From positions 30,424-94,423 of IMG/VR virus record IMGVR_UViG_3300011444_000011: 64,000 nucleotides of DNA. One strand, 5' to 3'. The notes under the pieces are model-generated. The model was not told the origin of the DNA. It searched no databases and was given only the letters and a program-made list of their open reading frames with translations. Shown here one piece after another: positions 9,382 to 18,583 of the stretch. Position numbers and translations under genes: made by a program. Source of the DNA: a virus (Duplodnaviria; Caudoviricetes). Each line of letters starts with the position of its first letter. Within the stretch, counting starts at the first letter, position 1.

Positions 9382-9695
9382 TAACCCAGTTCCTGACGTT
9401 CCTGGGCCTCGTTGGAGTTCTTATTGTGGTAGTTCGTGTCATCCAAAGGGAACGCATGACTTACAACCGATGCGTCAACTGCCGGGGCATATACGACGGC
9501 GACCATTGCCCGTGTCTCGACCACAAGACGCTGACGCCGCAGATGATAGCGGAGCGTCTAGGTCGGGTGCTAGGTGACGCCTTGTCGCAAGGCATTGAGA
9601 TTCGGGTTCCTGCGGAAGCACTGCATGATTTGACTGATCCCGATTTGGTGTGGAGAATCACAAAGGGTATCCACTCCGTCAGGATGCGTCAGTAG
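9378..9695 (+). CDS. membrane protein with CxxC..CxC
   Basis: TM helix then CVNC..CPC; ATGA coupling. Confidence 0.6.
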   Translation: MITQFLTFLGLVGVLIVVVRVIQRERMTYNRCVNCRGIYDGDHCPCLDHKTLTPQMIAERLGRVLGDALSQGIEIRVPAEALHDLTDPDLVWRITKGIHSVRMRQ

Positions 9696-9740
9696 CGTTT
9701 ACTGTCCCGCAATTGCCTAGCCTTTGCGTGGACTTATGGA

Positions 9741-9846
9741 AGCTCTGTGCCTGAGCATGGCCAAAGGGTGATGGTAACAAGAGCGGGAAGGTGGACGTTA
9801 CCAGTCCTAGTCCTACCGCCCGCAGGTTCGAATCCTGTCAGAGATT
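9741..9846 (+). ncRNA. tRNA-like element (Tyr-like D arm) with aberrant, enlarged anticodon region
   Basis: acceptor AGCTCTG/CAGAGAT (6 of 7 pairs), D arm CCTGAGCATGGCCAAAGGG, T arm GCAGG-TTCGAAT-CCTGT; no CCA. Confidence 0.55.
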
Positions 9847-9859
9847 TCGAAGCGTGAAC

Positions 9860-9961
9860 GTGGTTCGATTCCACAAAAGCCCTGTGTTGTCGCGGGTAAT
9901 CGAAAGCCGCAGCGTGTATCGGCGAGGGTATCGTCCGAGGCTAGGTGGCCATCACAGGGTT
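9860..9961 (+). ncRNA. structured intergenic element: isolated T-arm plus multibranch hairpin
   Basis: GTGG-TTCGATT-CCAC at 9860-9874; GCCCTGTG/CACAGGGT closing stem with two internal helices. Confidence 0.35.
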
Positions 9962-9993
9962 CTTTGATATTAACATCAACTCACGGAGATAGC

Positions 9994-10284
9994 ATGAACA
10001 TCAACGAAACGAAACTCCAAAGAACTGTCAGAGGGATCGCCGGTGAAGTTCTCGCCGAACGCCAGTATCAGGAAGACAAGTGGGGCGACAAGTTTGACAA
10101 GAAGAACACGCCCAACGACTGGGTGTGCTACATCGCCAAGTACCTTGGCCAAGCAGTCACGTTGCCGTGGGACGCCGCGACATTCCGCAAGATGCTCGTC
10201 AAGACAGCAGCGTTGTGTTTCGCTGCAATTCAATGGTGTGACAAGACGAAAGGGAAGATGCCGAAACGGCATTACGACAAATGA
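9994..10284 (+). CDS. all-alpha NTP pyrophosphatase (MazG-like) family protein
   Basis: EVLAERQYQEDKWG..DWVCYI..LVKTAALCFAAI pattern. Confidence 0.55.
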   Translation: MNINETKLQRTVRGIAGEVLAERQYQEDKWGDKFDKKNTPNDWVCYIAKYLGQAVTLPWDAATFRKMLVKTAALCFAAIQWCDKTKGKMPKRHYDK

Positions 10285-10676
10285 TATCCAAAATCAGTCG
10301 CCGCGGAATTTTGAGCTTACTGCCAGCATTCCTGCTTCCGGCATCCTGGCTCCCGAAGAAACCCGAACTCGTCCTGGTCAAGAAGGTTCACGGTGACGGC
10401 GTCAAGCGATGGAAGCACCATCCGTGCCCGAAAACGTGGTGGGATGCCTTCACCTTCATCCATCATCACGACGGACAGATCAAGGTAGGTTTCGACGGTG
10501 TCTCCGGCATGGAGCTAATCGTCATCAACATCGGTGAGTACGTTTGCTCATACCAGCATCCGTGCAACGTCATCGAGCCGAAGCTCGACGCAACCGCTTA
10601 TTACAACGAATTCGTCGTTCCATGTGCCATCGCCCTGTGGCGAATCATTTACCAGAAGGAAGGCAACAATGCCTAA
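10281..10676 (+). CDS. twin-arginine-like leader plus coat-protein-like fragment
   Basis: ISRRGILSLLPAFLL leader; YYNEFVVPCAIALWR resembles coat LVDEYLRPAAIAMAR. Confidence 0.65.
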   Translation: MISKISRRGILSLLPAFLLPASWLPKKPELVLVKKVHGDGVKRWKHHPCPKTWWDAFTFIHHHDGQIKVGFDGVSGMELIVINIGEYVCSYQHPCNVIEPKLDATAYYNEFVVPCAIALWRIIYQKEGNNA

Positions 10677-10929
10677 AGCCACACGTCAAGAAGTGTATGC
10701 TGCACTTGATACTGAACGTCTTTATCAGGATCAGCTTCCGGCGACCAGAAGCGACGGTGCGCCGCGAACCGTCGCTGACTACATCACGATGCTCTCGCAC
10801 TATCAAGCCGAGGCTATCAGGGCGTGGACGACGAATCCGGGCGATGCCGAGGCTCTCGAAGTGATTCGCAAAATCGGTGGCATCGCGGTTCACTGTATGG
10901 AAGATCACGGAGCACCACCACGACGATGA
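10669..10929 (+). CDS. MazG-like family protein, paralog of 9994-10284
   Basis: EVYAALDTERLYQD..DYITML..IRKIGGIAVHCME. Confidence 0.55.
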   Translation: MPKATRQEVYAALDTERLYQDQLPATRSDGAPRTVADYITMLSHYQAEAIRAWTTNPGDAEALEVIRKIGGIAVHCMEDHGAPPRR

Positions 10930-11111
10930 TCCAGCTACGCTGGACCGACGAAGACGTTTGGAAGGATGCTCACTGGCTACGTTCGATTGAACAGGGCGAA
11001 GAGGAATGGCGGCAAACCTGTGCCCGCTATCGCCCTGGCAATCGACCGCCTGGCGTCGAATTCCGTGTTCGACCATACTTCACAATGGATGCTCAAGTGA
11101 GGATTGCATGA
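10926..11111 (+). CDS. hypothetical protein
   Basis: ATGA coupling. Confidence 0.5.
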   Translation: MIQLRWTDEDVWKDAHWLRSIEQGEEEWRQTCARYRPGNRPPGVEFRVRPYFTMDAQVRIA

Positions 11112-11251
11112 GACGACCTGACAACGTAGTCTGGAGTTGGCCCTGGCAGTGTTTCTGCATTGGATTCAGTGTCCAGGGCTACTGGTTCCAAGCGAAGTGC
11201 GTGACACTTTGTTTGGGGATTCTGACGTTACGCTGGCACGATAGGTAAAGC

Positions 11252-11719
11252 ATGAATCTGCCAAACAAGAAGAACCGTGACCGCATCCGGCAAATGGCTA
11301 TCGGAGAAGCAACGGAGGCGCAAATCGCAGCCGAAAGGGTAAAGCGGGACAAGGAAGCGAAAGAACTTGAGGAAATGCAGGCGAGGGCGAAGGCACGCTA
11401 TCTGCGGCTCGTGCAGAAGATTCCTGATGTGGTGATTAAGGCAATCGCGGACGGCAAGGTCGAAGTTGATATTATCGTCCCCGAAAACCCGCCAAATTAC
11501 ACGACCGAAGCGACAGCCGAAGATTGTGAAGTCGCACGGCTGGTCATGGAGTTCTTCGCCAATGAGAAAGACTACCGATTCCAATTCAAGCAAGTCCCGG
11601 CCGACTACAACACTTCCAGAGAGACAGCCGACGGCGGTTGCACCGACACAGAGCGGGTCCACAGGATGCTCCCCGGAATCATCATCGGTTGGTATAATAT
11701 CGCTGATCCGGCAGCGTAA
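11252..11719 (+). CDS. hypothetical protein
   Basis: 155-aa ORF with N-terminal coiled coil. Confidence 0.65.
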   Translation: MNLPNKKNRDRIRQMAIGEATEAQIAAERVKRDKEAKELEEMQARAKARYLRLVQKIPDVVIKAIADGKVEVDIIVPENPPNYTTEATAEDCEVARLVMEFFANEKDYRFQFKQVPADYNTSRETADGGCTDTERVHRMLPGIIIGWYNIADPAA

Positions 11720-11842
11720 TGCCTATCGGCTGGTCAAACGTGATCTTAATATCAATGCGGGGTTGATCGGACAGAATGGCCCGGTTCGGGCATCGGCGAT
11801 CGACGACGTTGAAACCCTTTTGCAGATACTGGAGTCCAGATA

Positions 11843-13759
11843 ATGGGATGCGATTATTGCAACAACACCGGAACAGTGATCCCGTTCGTCGGCGAAGCTC
11901 ACCCGTGCCCACGATGTACGGTTGTCATCAAGTCACCGCCGTTGAACGACCAGCCGAACTTCCAGGCCACGTTGAACGTGAAGTTCGGGCAGGTCTACGA
12001 TGATGCGGCCCACAAGATGGTGCCCGCTTCGACGGCAATCACCGCTGGCGAAGGCATCAAGCGGTTCATGGTGCTGAACAGCATCCTGTATTCCGGCATC
12101 AAACAGACGGTCATCGAGAAGCTGGCCCACCGGCCTATCGAACAGCAGTGGGTTCGCTTCCAGAGCTACTGCCGTTCGGTGCTCCGCGTCGAGATGCCTG
12201 ACGACTACATCAACAAGCCGGATGATGTGCAAGATTTGTTGAAGGCCCGCGTCACGGTTACTTTCGACCCGAGTGTCAAGGTGACTTTCGACCCCGAAGC
12301 CTTGAACGTCCCAGTCTTCCACAAGGATGATCCGCGACTTGCTGAACTGCTGAAGCCGATCGGCGAAAGAGGACGCTTCGAGATCAGCGAGGGGTCGATT
12401 ATCGGCGGTGGCGTCTATATCGCCAATCACGGATTGCCGCCGGGGAAGCTCGTCGCCGTGACGCCGATGCGGAATCCTCTCTTCCAGCATCAACAAGCTG
12501 CTGTCGATGAAATGATGGATCGCTACGATCGGGACGTTGCCCGCATTGATACCAGTCGCACCTACGCTGATACTGGTATCATTCCGGCCCGGTGGGCACA
12601 AGAGAGCGAAGACATACTTCAGGAAAACATGATCGCCGGCTGGCTCGTCAAGCAGCAAGGCAAGGAATGGCCAGAGTGTATGCAGATGCCCGACGGAAGG
12701 GTATTTCAGCGGGGAAAGGGGAAGTCGGAGTACAAGTATCAAGGTCAGCCGCTAACGGTTGCCGACTGCGATATGCTCCGCACGGCCATCGAAGTGATGA
12801 ACAAGGCTGACTGTGACGTGAACTATGAATCGACGCTCGACCCGTCGGAACTCTGGTTCATGGTCTTCCCGCATCTGCCCGGCCCCGCCAGCAGAACGGA
12901 GATCAAGGTTCTCAAGTGCGTGCGTGACGCCCGCGAGAAAAGCTACATCAGCGAAGGCGCGGCATACGATATTGCCAAGCTGCCGTTGATGCACCAAGAA
13001 GCCGCACTACGGCTTGTGGTTCCGGGCATCCAGACGTTTGTGAAGTACACCTGCGAACCGCAGAAAGATATTGCATTCGAGTTGTCGCTGCCACTTGGAG
13101 CGACGGTAATGTGGGAGCACAAGCCCGGCCACAAGTACAAGGTGCTCTGTGAAGTCAAGGATGCAATCGACAAGCGGCTTATAAGCCCCGTTGTAGCAGT
13201 ACGGATCGCCCGTCAGGTCTTCCGTAAGCAGAGGCAAATGCTGACGACGGCATTGGCCGAAGCCGACGGAATGTTGATGGGAACGGGTGCAACGAAGATG
13301 GGTAAGAGCTTGAAGATGGCTGTTGCCAGAGGCAAGCGAAATATGCCGACGATCGAGGACATCCTAAGCCTGATGTCTCTTGCCCAGCAGCGTATCAGCA
13401 CTGATATTCAAATCAAAGATGGTCAGGAAGAAGACCGTCACAAGGTTTGGTTACTGCTCCGGGAAATGCGTGTCAAGCTGCAACGTGTCAATGTGCAGAT
13501 GATGGGTGCGGTGCATCAAAGCGACCGGGTTCCGGCGATGCACAACCCCTCTGAATCGGTACTGAACCAGGAAGTGGTTCAGGGCTTCAACGATGCGTTG
13601 GCATACATGAACGAGAAACGGCCAACCGAGAAGCCGGCATCCGAGTTCATGGCGGGTTACATCCCGGCGTTGAAGCGTATCAACGATGGGCGTCCGCACC
13701 CTGAACATTTTAAGAAACAGGTCGAAGCTGACCCCGATCCCGGAGCCGACTCATGGTGA
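11843..13759 (+). CDS. large mosaic protein: Zn-finger, coat-protein-like, ParB-helical-like and P-loop-like fragments
   Basis: 638 aa; CDYC..CPRC; IIPARWAQESEDILQENMIAGWLV; two IS..A..IA....Q..L repeats; GATKMGKS. Confidence 0.75.
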   Translation: MGCDYCNNTGTVIPFVGEAHPCPRCTVVIKSPPLNDQPNFQATLNVKFGQVYDDAAHKMVPASTAITAGEGIKRFMVLNSILYSGIKQTVIEKLAHRPIEQQWVRFQSYCRSVLRVEMPDDYINKPDDVQDLLKARVTVTFDPSVKVTFDPEALNVPVFHKDDPRLAELLKPIGERGRFEISEGSIIGGGVYIANHGLPPGKLVAVTPMRNPLFQHQQAAVDEMMDRYDRDVARIDTSRTYADTGIIPARWAQESEDILQENMIAGWLVKQQGKEWPECMQMPDGRVFQRGKGKSEYKYQGQPLTVADCDMLRTAIEVMNKADCDVNYESTLDPSELWFMVFPHLPGPASRTEIKVLKCVRDAREKSYISEGAAYDIAKLPLMHQEAALRLVVPGIQTFVKYTCEPQKDIAFELSLPLGATVMWEHKPGHKYKVLCEVKDAIDKRLISPVVAVRIARQVFRKQRQMLTTALAEADGMLMGTGATKMGKSLKMAVARGKRNMPTIEDILSLMSLAQQRISTDIQIKDGQEEDRHKVWLLLREMRVKLQRVNVQMMGAVHQSDRVPAMHNPSESVLNQEVVQGFNDALAYMNEKRPTEKPASEFMAGYIPALKRINDGRPHPEHFKKQVEADPDPGADSW

Positions 13760-14082
13760 AAATCGACGGATACCCTCGGCCGAGTAACAACTACGAGGCC
13801 ATGAAGTTCCTGTTCGCGCATAAGGTGACTTTGGAAACAGGCCGTTGTGAGGCCGGTTTCCTGCATCTTATCATTCACTGTGGCGAAATGTTTGTTGATA
13901 CTAAAATCAGTGACGAAGACCGGACGATCGGGGAACTGTTCGACGCTTTCCTGTGTCCGGCCGCTTGTGCTCTGTACAAGTCCATCTACGAACTGTGCCC
14001 GCACGGTTCAGACCCCAAAGCATGTGAGGATTGCCGTGGAGTATCTGGTACAACTGAAGGGCGGTCAGAGAATCCGGGGTGA
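13753..14082 (+). CDS. hypothetical protein with C-terminal CxH..CxxC
   Basis: GGAG SD; CPHG..CEDC. Confidence 0.55.
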   Translation: MVKIDGYPRPSNNYEAMKFLFAHKVTLETGRCEAGFLHLIIHCGEMFVDTKISDEDRTIGELFDAFLCPAACALYKSIYELCPHGSDPKACEDCRGVSGTTEGRSENPG

Positions 14083-14232
14083 GATCATCGAGGTCCACCT
14101 TGATATCGGTGTCGAAAAGGTCAAGATTAAGGGCGAGCATATCAACATGATGTTCCGCCCCGATCTCGGCTGGTGCGATTTGACCTGCGGGTTCGTGCTT
14201 GGCATCATTGCCCACGCATTCGTGAGGTATCT

Positions 14233-14520
14233 ATGCGGCTGAAAATCTTCTTGCAGAAGATCGCACGCTGCAAGACCTGGCGCATGCAATGTGATGGCAC
14301 AATCAGAAACCGGGAATGCCAGTGCCCGGTCGAATATGTCGCGGGCGTCGATGCTGGCCAGAAGTTTGAGGATTTGTGCGTGCTCGTGGATCAACATAGG
14401 CTACCGCCTACCGTTGCTGTCATCCGTGCCGCCGACCATAAGCCCATCAGCGTCGATCACAGCTATCACAATCTGATTGAGTTACGGCGACTCTTGGGAA
14501 AGGCATGTGGTTTGCTATGA
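14233..14520 (+). CDS. hypothetical protein, paralog family A
   Basis: CP(V/I/L)E..(A/C)AD..NL..LR..L motif shared with 14517 and 20259. Confidence 0.65.
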   Translation: MRLKIFLQKIARCKTWRMQCDGTIRNRECQCPVEYVAGVDAGQKFEDLCVLVDQHRLPPTVAVIRAADHKPISVDHSYHNLIELRRLLGKACGLL

Positions 14521-14819
14521 GACTCCGAGAATTTCTGGCGAAGATGGGTGAACACAAGTGGATGCTCGTGGACTCATTTGGTGCCAAGCTGCGGACGAAG
14601 GGTGCAATGTGCTGCCCGATTGAGGCCGTAATCGGGTTGCCCTCTGGCTGCCCGAATTGCGTGTTGAAGGAAGCCGGCGTGCGGATGAAGATTCCGTACA
14701 TCGAGGCTCTGGTTCAATGTGCCGATATGCGTATCATCGGCTGTCAGTATCACGATTACTTCAATTTGCTGGCTTTGAGGCGACAGCTTCTAATAGCCGC
14801 TGGACTGGGCGATATATGA
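14517..14819 (+). CDS. hypothetical protein, paralog family A
   Basis: HKW..CPIEA..IPYIEALVQCAD..NLLALRRQLL. Confidence 0.65.
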   Translation: MRLREFLAKMGEHKWMLVDSFGAKLRTKGAMCCPIEAVIGLPSGCPNCVLKEAGVRMKIPYIEALVQCADMRIIGCQYHDYFNLLALRRQLLIAAGLGDI

Positions 14820-14853
14820 AATGGCTCGTGGTAATTTTTATTACGGTGTTGCT

Positions 14854-15246
14854 ATGATTTACGAACAGATCGTAGCCGACACGATGGACAAATCGCTGCT
14901 GTGGCGACAGTGCGAACTCAATGACCGATGGCTTGGGTCGCACCGCTTCTACAAGGTTGTCGTCCGAGAACACTTCTTCTCGGTAACGCTGCATGTCGTA
15001 ACGCGGAACAACCTCTGTTTTGATGTCAATATCAAACGACGGACGTGGATGAAGTTCTTCGACCGTGTCTGGACGCAAGGCCATCTGGACGAATACTCCG
15101 TCTTACAGGAAATGACCAACTATGCTGACTCCAAGCCCGCAGTGCATGACCTGGAGACATACGCCCGCCGCGCTGCACAGGCGGCGACTATTCCGGGATC
15201 AGAAGAATCAGGCACTCGCTGTCCTGATAGTGCTGTGCGACCATGA
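14854..15246 (+). CDS. hypothetical protein
   Basis: ORF in array. Confidence 0.55.
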   Translation: MIYEQIVADTMDKSLLWRQCELNDRWLGSHRFYKVVVREHFFSVTLHVVTRNNLCFDVNIKRRTWMKFFDRVWTQGHLDEYSVLQEMTNYADSKPAVHDLETYARRAAQAATIPGSEESGTRCPDSAVRP

Positions 15247-15697
15247 GGTTAGCCACAATCGAAGCTGCATCTACTGTGGCCTCGACGAAACAACGTACTG
15301 GCGGCTGCACAGGATGACGGTCGCCGGTCTTTACACGACCGAGAGAATGGTAACGGAGCTACTCCATGCGTGCCCATCAGCGTTACGGACATTGGAAGCG
15401 GGCATCCGTGCAGGCACGCTACTACCTAAAACGGAACAAGTACGCGGATCAAAGCAAGATCGTGACCGTCTACAATCGTTTCGGGCAAGAGCAGGGTGTC
15501 CGAGTTAAGGGCCGGCACGGCTGGCCCGTCGGTGATTTGATTTCTTCCTATCGACCGTAAAGGTGCAATATGTGGATTTACCGTTGGCTGGAGCACAGTG
15601 ACAAATCTTTGATCGAGAAAGTCGCTGGAGCGATGTACGCCTTTTTCTTCCTTGTGATCCTGGGTTTCCTGTTGTTCATGCTCCTGATGGTGCTGCT

Positions 15698-16072
15698 GTG
15701 ATAGTTCACAAGAATTGCCGAATCGCTTTCGGCTGCACACGGATTGTGATACTGGTATCAAAATGGGCAATCAAGATACCGTCGTTCTACTCCTGGCGGC
15801 TGTTCTTGCTGGGCTTGCTGGCCAACATGCAAGAGGCACAGTTCAGCAAGACGGGCTGGCCGGAGCTATGCCCAGTAAGTTGGTCGCTTTGGGGCGGCTG
15901 GCTCGTAATTATGAAACGGGCTGAAGTGCTATCCGAAACAGATTTCTGGATACACAAACTTCGACTCAAAATGATGGTCAATCAACCCGATTACGTTGTG
16001 CCTTGCGAAATGAAGCACGACAGTTTCGGCATCCTAGACGGCAAGTTTGTTGTCGTCGATTACGGGAATTGA
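15698..16072 (+). CDS. small protein-kinase-like fold protein
   Basis: GCTRIV..WAIKIP..N..EA..LCPV..VIMKRA..EMKHDSFG..VVVDYG. Confidence 0.6.
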   Translation: MIVHKNCRIAFGCTRIVILVSKWAIKIPSFYSWRLFLLGLLANMQEAQFSKTGWPELCPVSWSLWGGWLVIMKRAEVLSETDFWIHKLRLKMMVNQPDYVVPCEMKHDSFGILDGKFVVVDYGN

Positions 16073-16073
16073 T

Positions 16074-16367
16074 ATGAAACACGATCGAGCTATGATTCCG
16101 GCATCTAACGACAAGCTGCGAGAGTTCGCGGATATCGCCGAATTAGTGGCCCATGAACAGGCGTCCCACGACCAGAGCCCTTGCCCATCAATGAACGACA
16201 TGGTCAGGGATGCCTGGAATTCGTTGACCGAGAAACGGCAGATTGTCATACTCGTCGCCTTGCAGCGGATCGCCCTTGACGATTGCATCAAGTACGGAGC
16301 ATTGTTACGGGAAGCTGCAACCGTGATTACTGTTGGTCAAGTCCTAGAAGAATTGGCACGAAGATGA
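16074..16367 (+). CDS. hypothetical protein
   Basis: coupled ORF. Confidence 0.55.
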   Translation: MKHDRAMIPASNDKLREFADIAELVAHEQASHDQSPCPSMNDMVRDAWNSLTEKRQIVILVALQRIALDDCIKYGALLREAATVITVGQVLEELARR

Positions 16368-16651
16368 ACAGGATCACAAGAAGCGAGACTCCGTTGAGTT
16401 TCCTCGATCTGGCCAACGTCGATGAAATCCGTGCGATCATCCAGCCGGGCCTCTCGCGGGAACGGGCTTGCAGGACTATGGCCCTGGCTTGATTGAGTGG
16501 CTTGGCTACGGAGACGTGCAGAAACAGATCGACGAGGCTTGGATGCAGTTGTCGACGGAACGACAACACGAGATTCTGCTTGGTTGGCGGAATACCGTAA
16601 ATCAGCGAGTCGAGAGTTTTGATACTGCAATCAGAAAAATCGAGGACGGCC

Positions 16652-17284
16652 ATGAGAATAATCAGCGGGTTCCATGATTATTACGATCCACTTTGCAAGC
16701 ACGACGCTGACCGAGAGACGCTGTACATACGGAAAACCGAAGAGGCAGCACCGATCGAGTTTCCCCGCGTCTGGCTTGACAATACGTGCAGAATCCGACT
16801 GCTATGCTTCGCCGGGAAACTGATACCGCATGTCGAAATCAACATCATGCACCGCGGCGAGTGGAAGACAAAGGTGTGCTGGCAGCGGGCGAAAGCCAAG
16901 GATCATGTCGAAGAGTTCACGACGAAGGCCAATTTCAGGATGCTGAAACGCCGTGCCTACGGTATCTTGCGTGACCTGGATCGGTTCTTCGACTGGAAGC
17001 CAGAGAACGTCTACCCCAATACACCGATCTGGTTCGCAACCAGCGAGGCCACTACGACCGACGGATACCGGACATGGAAGAAGCGGACGTTACTGAATCC
17101 GCGGGTTATGGACGTGTATCCGGGGTTTGTGAAAATCCTGCCACCGGCACAGGCGTATCAGGAACTGGTGATGTGGCATGGAAGAATGGCGCGGCCCGAA
17201 CCTAACGTCCCGGAAATGAGCGACGCGGATAAGATCGCTGGCCACGGCTTCGATAAGTTCTCATTCAGAAAGCCTAAGCAATGA
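16652..17284 (+). CDS. phage hypothetical protein
   Basis: GAGG SD; MRIISGFHDYYD..AYQEL..DKIAGHGFDKFSFRK. Confidence 0.7.
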   Translation: MRIISGFHDYYDPLCKHDADRETLYIRKTEEAAPIEFPRVWLDNTCRIRLLCFAGKLIPHVEINIMHRGEWKTKVCWQRAKAKDHVEEFTTKANFRMLKRRAYGILRDLDRFFDWKPENVYPNTPIWFATSEATTTDGYRTWKKRTLLNPRVMDVYPGFVKILPPAQAYQELVMWHGRMARPEPNVPEMSDADKIAGHGFDKFSFRKPKQ

Positions 17285-17508
17285 ACAACCCGTTAGATAT
17301 TGATATACGCCGGGCCGTCTGTAACAGCCCGCACTGCTCTTACCCGCACGCCCAGAGACTCACGCAGTTGATGCTTGCCGAAGAACGACTGGCACGCCTG
17401 GAAGCGGGTGGCGTTAATAACTGGGAGTGGTATCACGAATCCCTGCATCCGACGGATAAGCCATCACTGGATGATTTTGAGGAGGCGCTGAATAATGTCC
17501 AACCCTGA
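17281..17508 (+). CDS. hypothetical protein
   Basis: LARLEAGGVNNWEWY; ATGA coupling. Confidence 0.6.
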   Translation: MNNPLDIDIRRAVCNSPHCSYPHAQRLTQLMLAEERLARLEAGGVNNWEWYHESLHPTDKPSLDDFEEALNNVQP

Positions 17509-17740
17509 AGCTGACAAGCGCGAGGTCTTCATCATCTGCGTCAATGACGCCATTCGGCAAGAGGCGTTTGAGAACATCGACGTGGCGATTGAGTTCGTCA
17601 TCAAGACCGTGCTTCCTAAGCTGGAAGACAACCTGCGGTCACGGACGACTCGCAAATTCACTTCCATCGGCACACGTCTCGATCCGTTCTGGTCAAATGA
17701 TATGTGCAGTGTTCGCATCAGAACCCTGGTACTGCAATGA
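17495..17740 (+). CDS. hypothetical protein
   Basis: GGAGG SD upstream. Confidence 0.55.
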   Translation: MSNPEADKREVFIICVNDAIRQEAFENIDVAIEFVIKTVLPKLEDNLRSRTTRKFTSIGTRLDPFWSNDMCSVRIRTLVLQ

Positions 17741-17840
17741 CACTCCTGAAACGCTTGATATTGAATATCAATGATCGCTGGTGGGTTCGGGTCTGCCAGT
17801 GGCACTACTCCAAGTTACCCGGTTCAGATAGGGCGTGGTG

Positions 17841-18140
17841 ATGGAAAGACTCATTGAAATCGTGATCGAAGACACAATCGCCGGCAGGCTTCGCTGGGAA
17901 TGCGGCGGTCACAGCGATACGTGGTCGGCCAGAGCTTCGACGTATACACTGTCCCAAGTAACCAAAGGTATCTGGAACTGGTACTTCGTCATGTACACGA
18001 ACTCCGGTGTCAGTCGCCTTAAAATCAGGCCGTGGCAGTGGAGAAAAATCCAAGCCGCCCTACCGCCCAAACTTCTGACACCGGAACAAGCAGCGGCGGC
18101 TATTGGATTCAATGACGCAGAGGTCGGATTGCATGAGTAG
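17841..18140 (+). CDS. hypothetical protein
   Basis: ORF ending just before tRNA-like element. Confidence 0.55.
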   Translation: MERLIEIVIEDTIAGRLRWECGGHSDTWSARASTYTLSQVTKGIWNWYFVMYTNSGVSRLKIRPWQWRKIQAALPPKLLTPEQAAAAIGFNDAEVGLHE

Positions 18141-18143
18141 CAC

Positions 18144-18272
18144 GGAAGTCATGGTGGAAATACTGGGCCGCAAGCCCTGTCGGTAGACACGCAGCCCTCT
18201 AACTCGCGGGCCGTTAGAAGGCTGTACCCTGTTGCAATGCGGGGTGTACGGGTTCGAGTCCCGTTGACTTCC
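18144..18272 (+). ncRNA. class II (Leu-like) tRNA-like RNA with D-loop hairpin insertion and 16-nt anticodon-loop insertion
   Basis: GGAAGTCA/TGACTTCC acceptor; TGGTGGAA..GGTAGACACG; CAGCC/GGCTG anticodon stem; 7-bp variable arm; ACGGG-TTCGAGT-CCCGT T arm. Confidence 0.75.
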
Positions 18273-18286
18273 TTTGAAAGACTAAA

Positions 18287-18583
18287 ATGAGCAATAATCT
18301 ACGGTTGATGTGCAACCCGCCGGATGTTGACGGATCGCGGTTGGCGAGTCTCTGTGTTCAAGAACTCCGTGTTCTTTTAGACTTGAGAGTGAAGGCGTAC
18401 CACCAGCATCTTGACGAGTATCGGAACGACAGTTGCGCGGAGAACAACTTCACTTTCATCAAACAAATCGTCGAGGTTTTGAACGCCATGCAGAATACTG
18501 ACACAGTCATGCGTGATGGCAGTATCAAACCCGGATGCAAGCTCACCCTTTTCCAGCCGCCTTATTACAAGGATAACCGATGA
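18287..18583 (+). CDS. hypothetical protein
   Basis: ORF in array. Confidence 0.6.
   Translation: MSNNLRLMCNPPDVDGSRLASLCVQELRVLLDLRVKAYHQHLDEYRNDSCAENNFTFIKQIVEVLNAMQNTDTVMRDGSIKPGCKLTLFQPPYYKDNR

Noticed and set aside
18197-18219. Amber (TAG) recoding implied by a possible CTA anticodon
   Set aside because: Long core genes are intact in the standard code and several genes end in TAG, so genome-wide recoding is unsupported.
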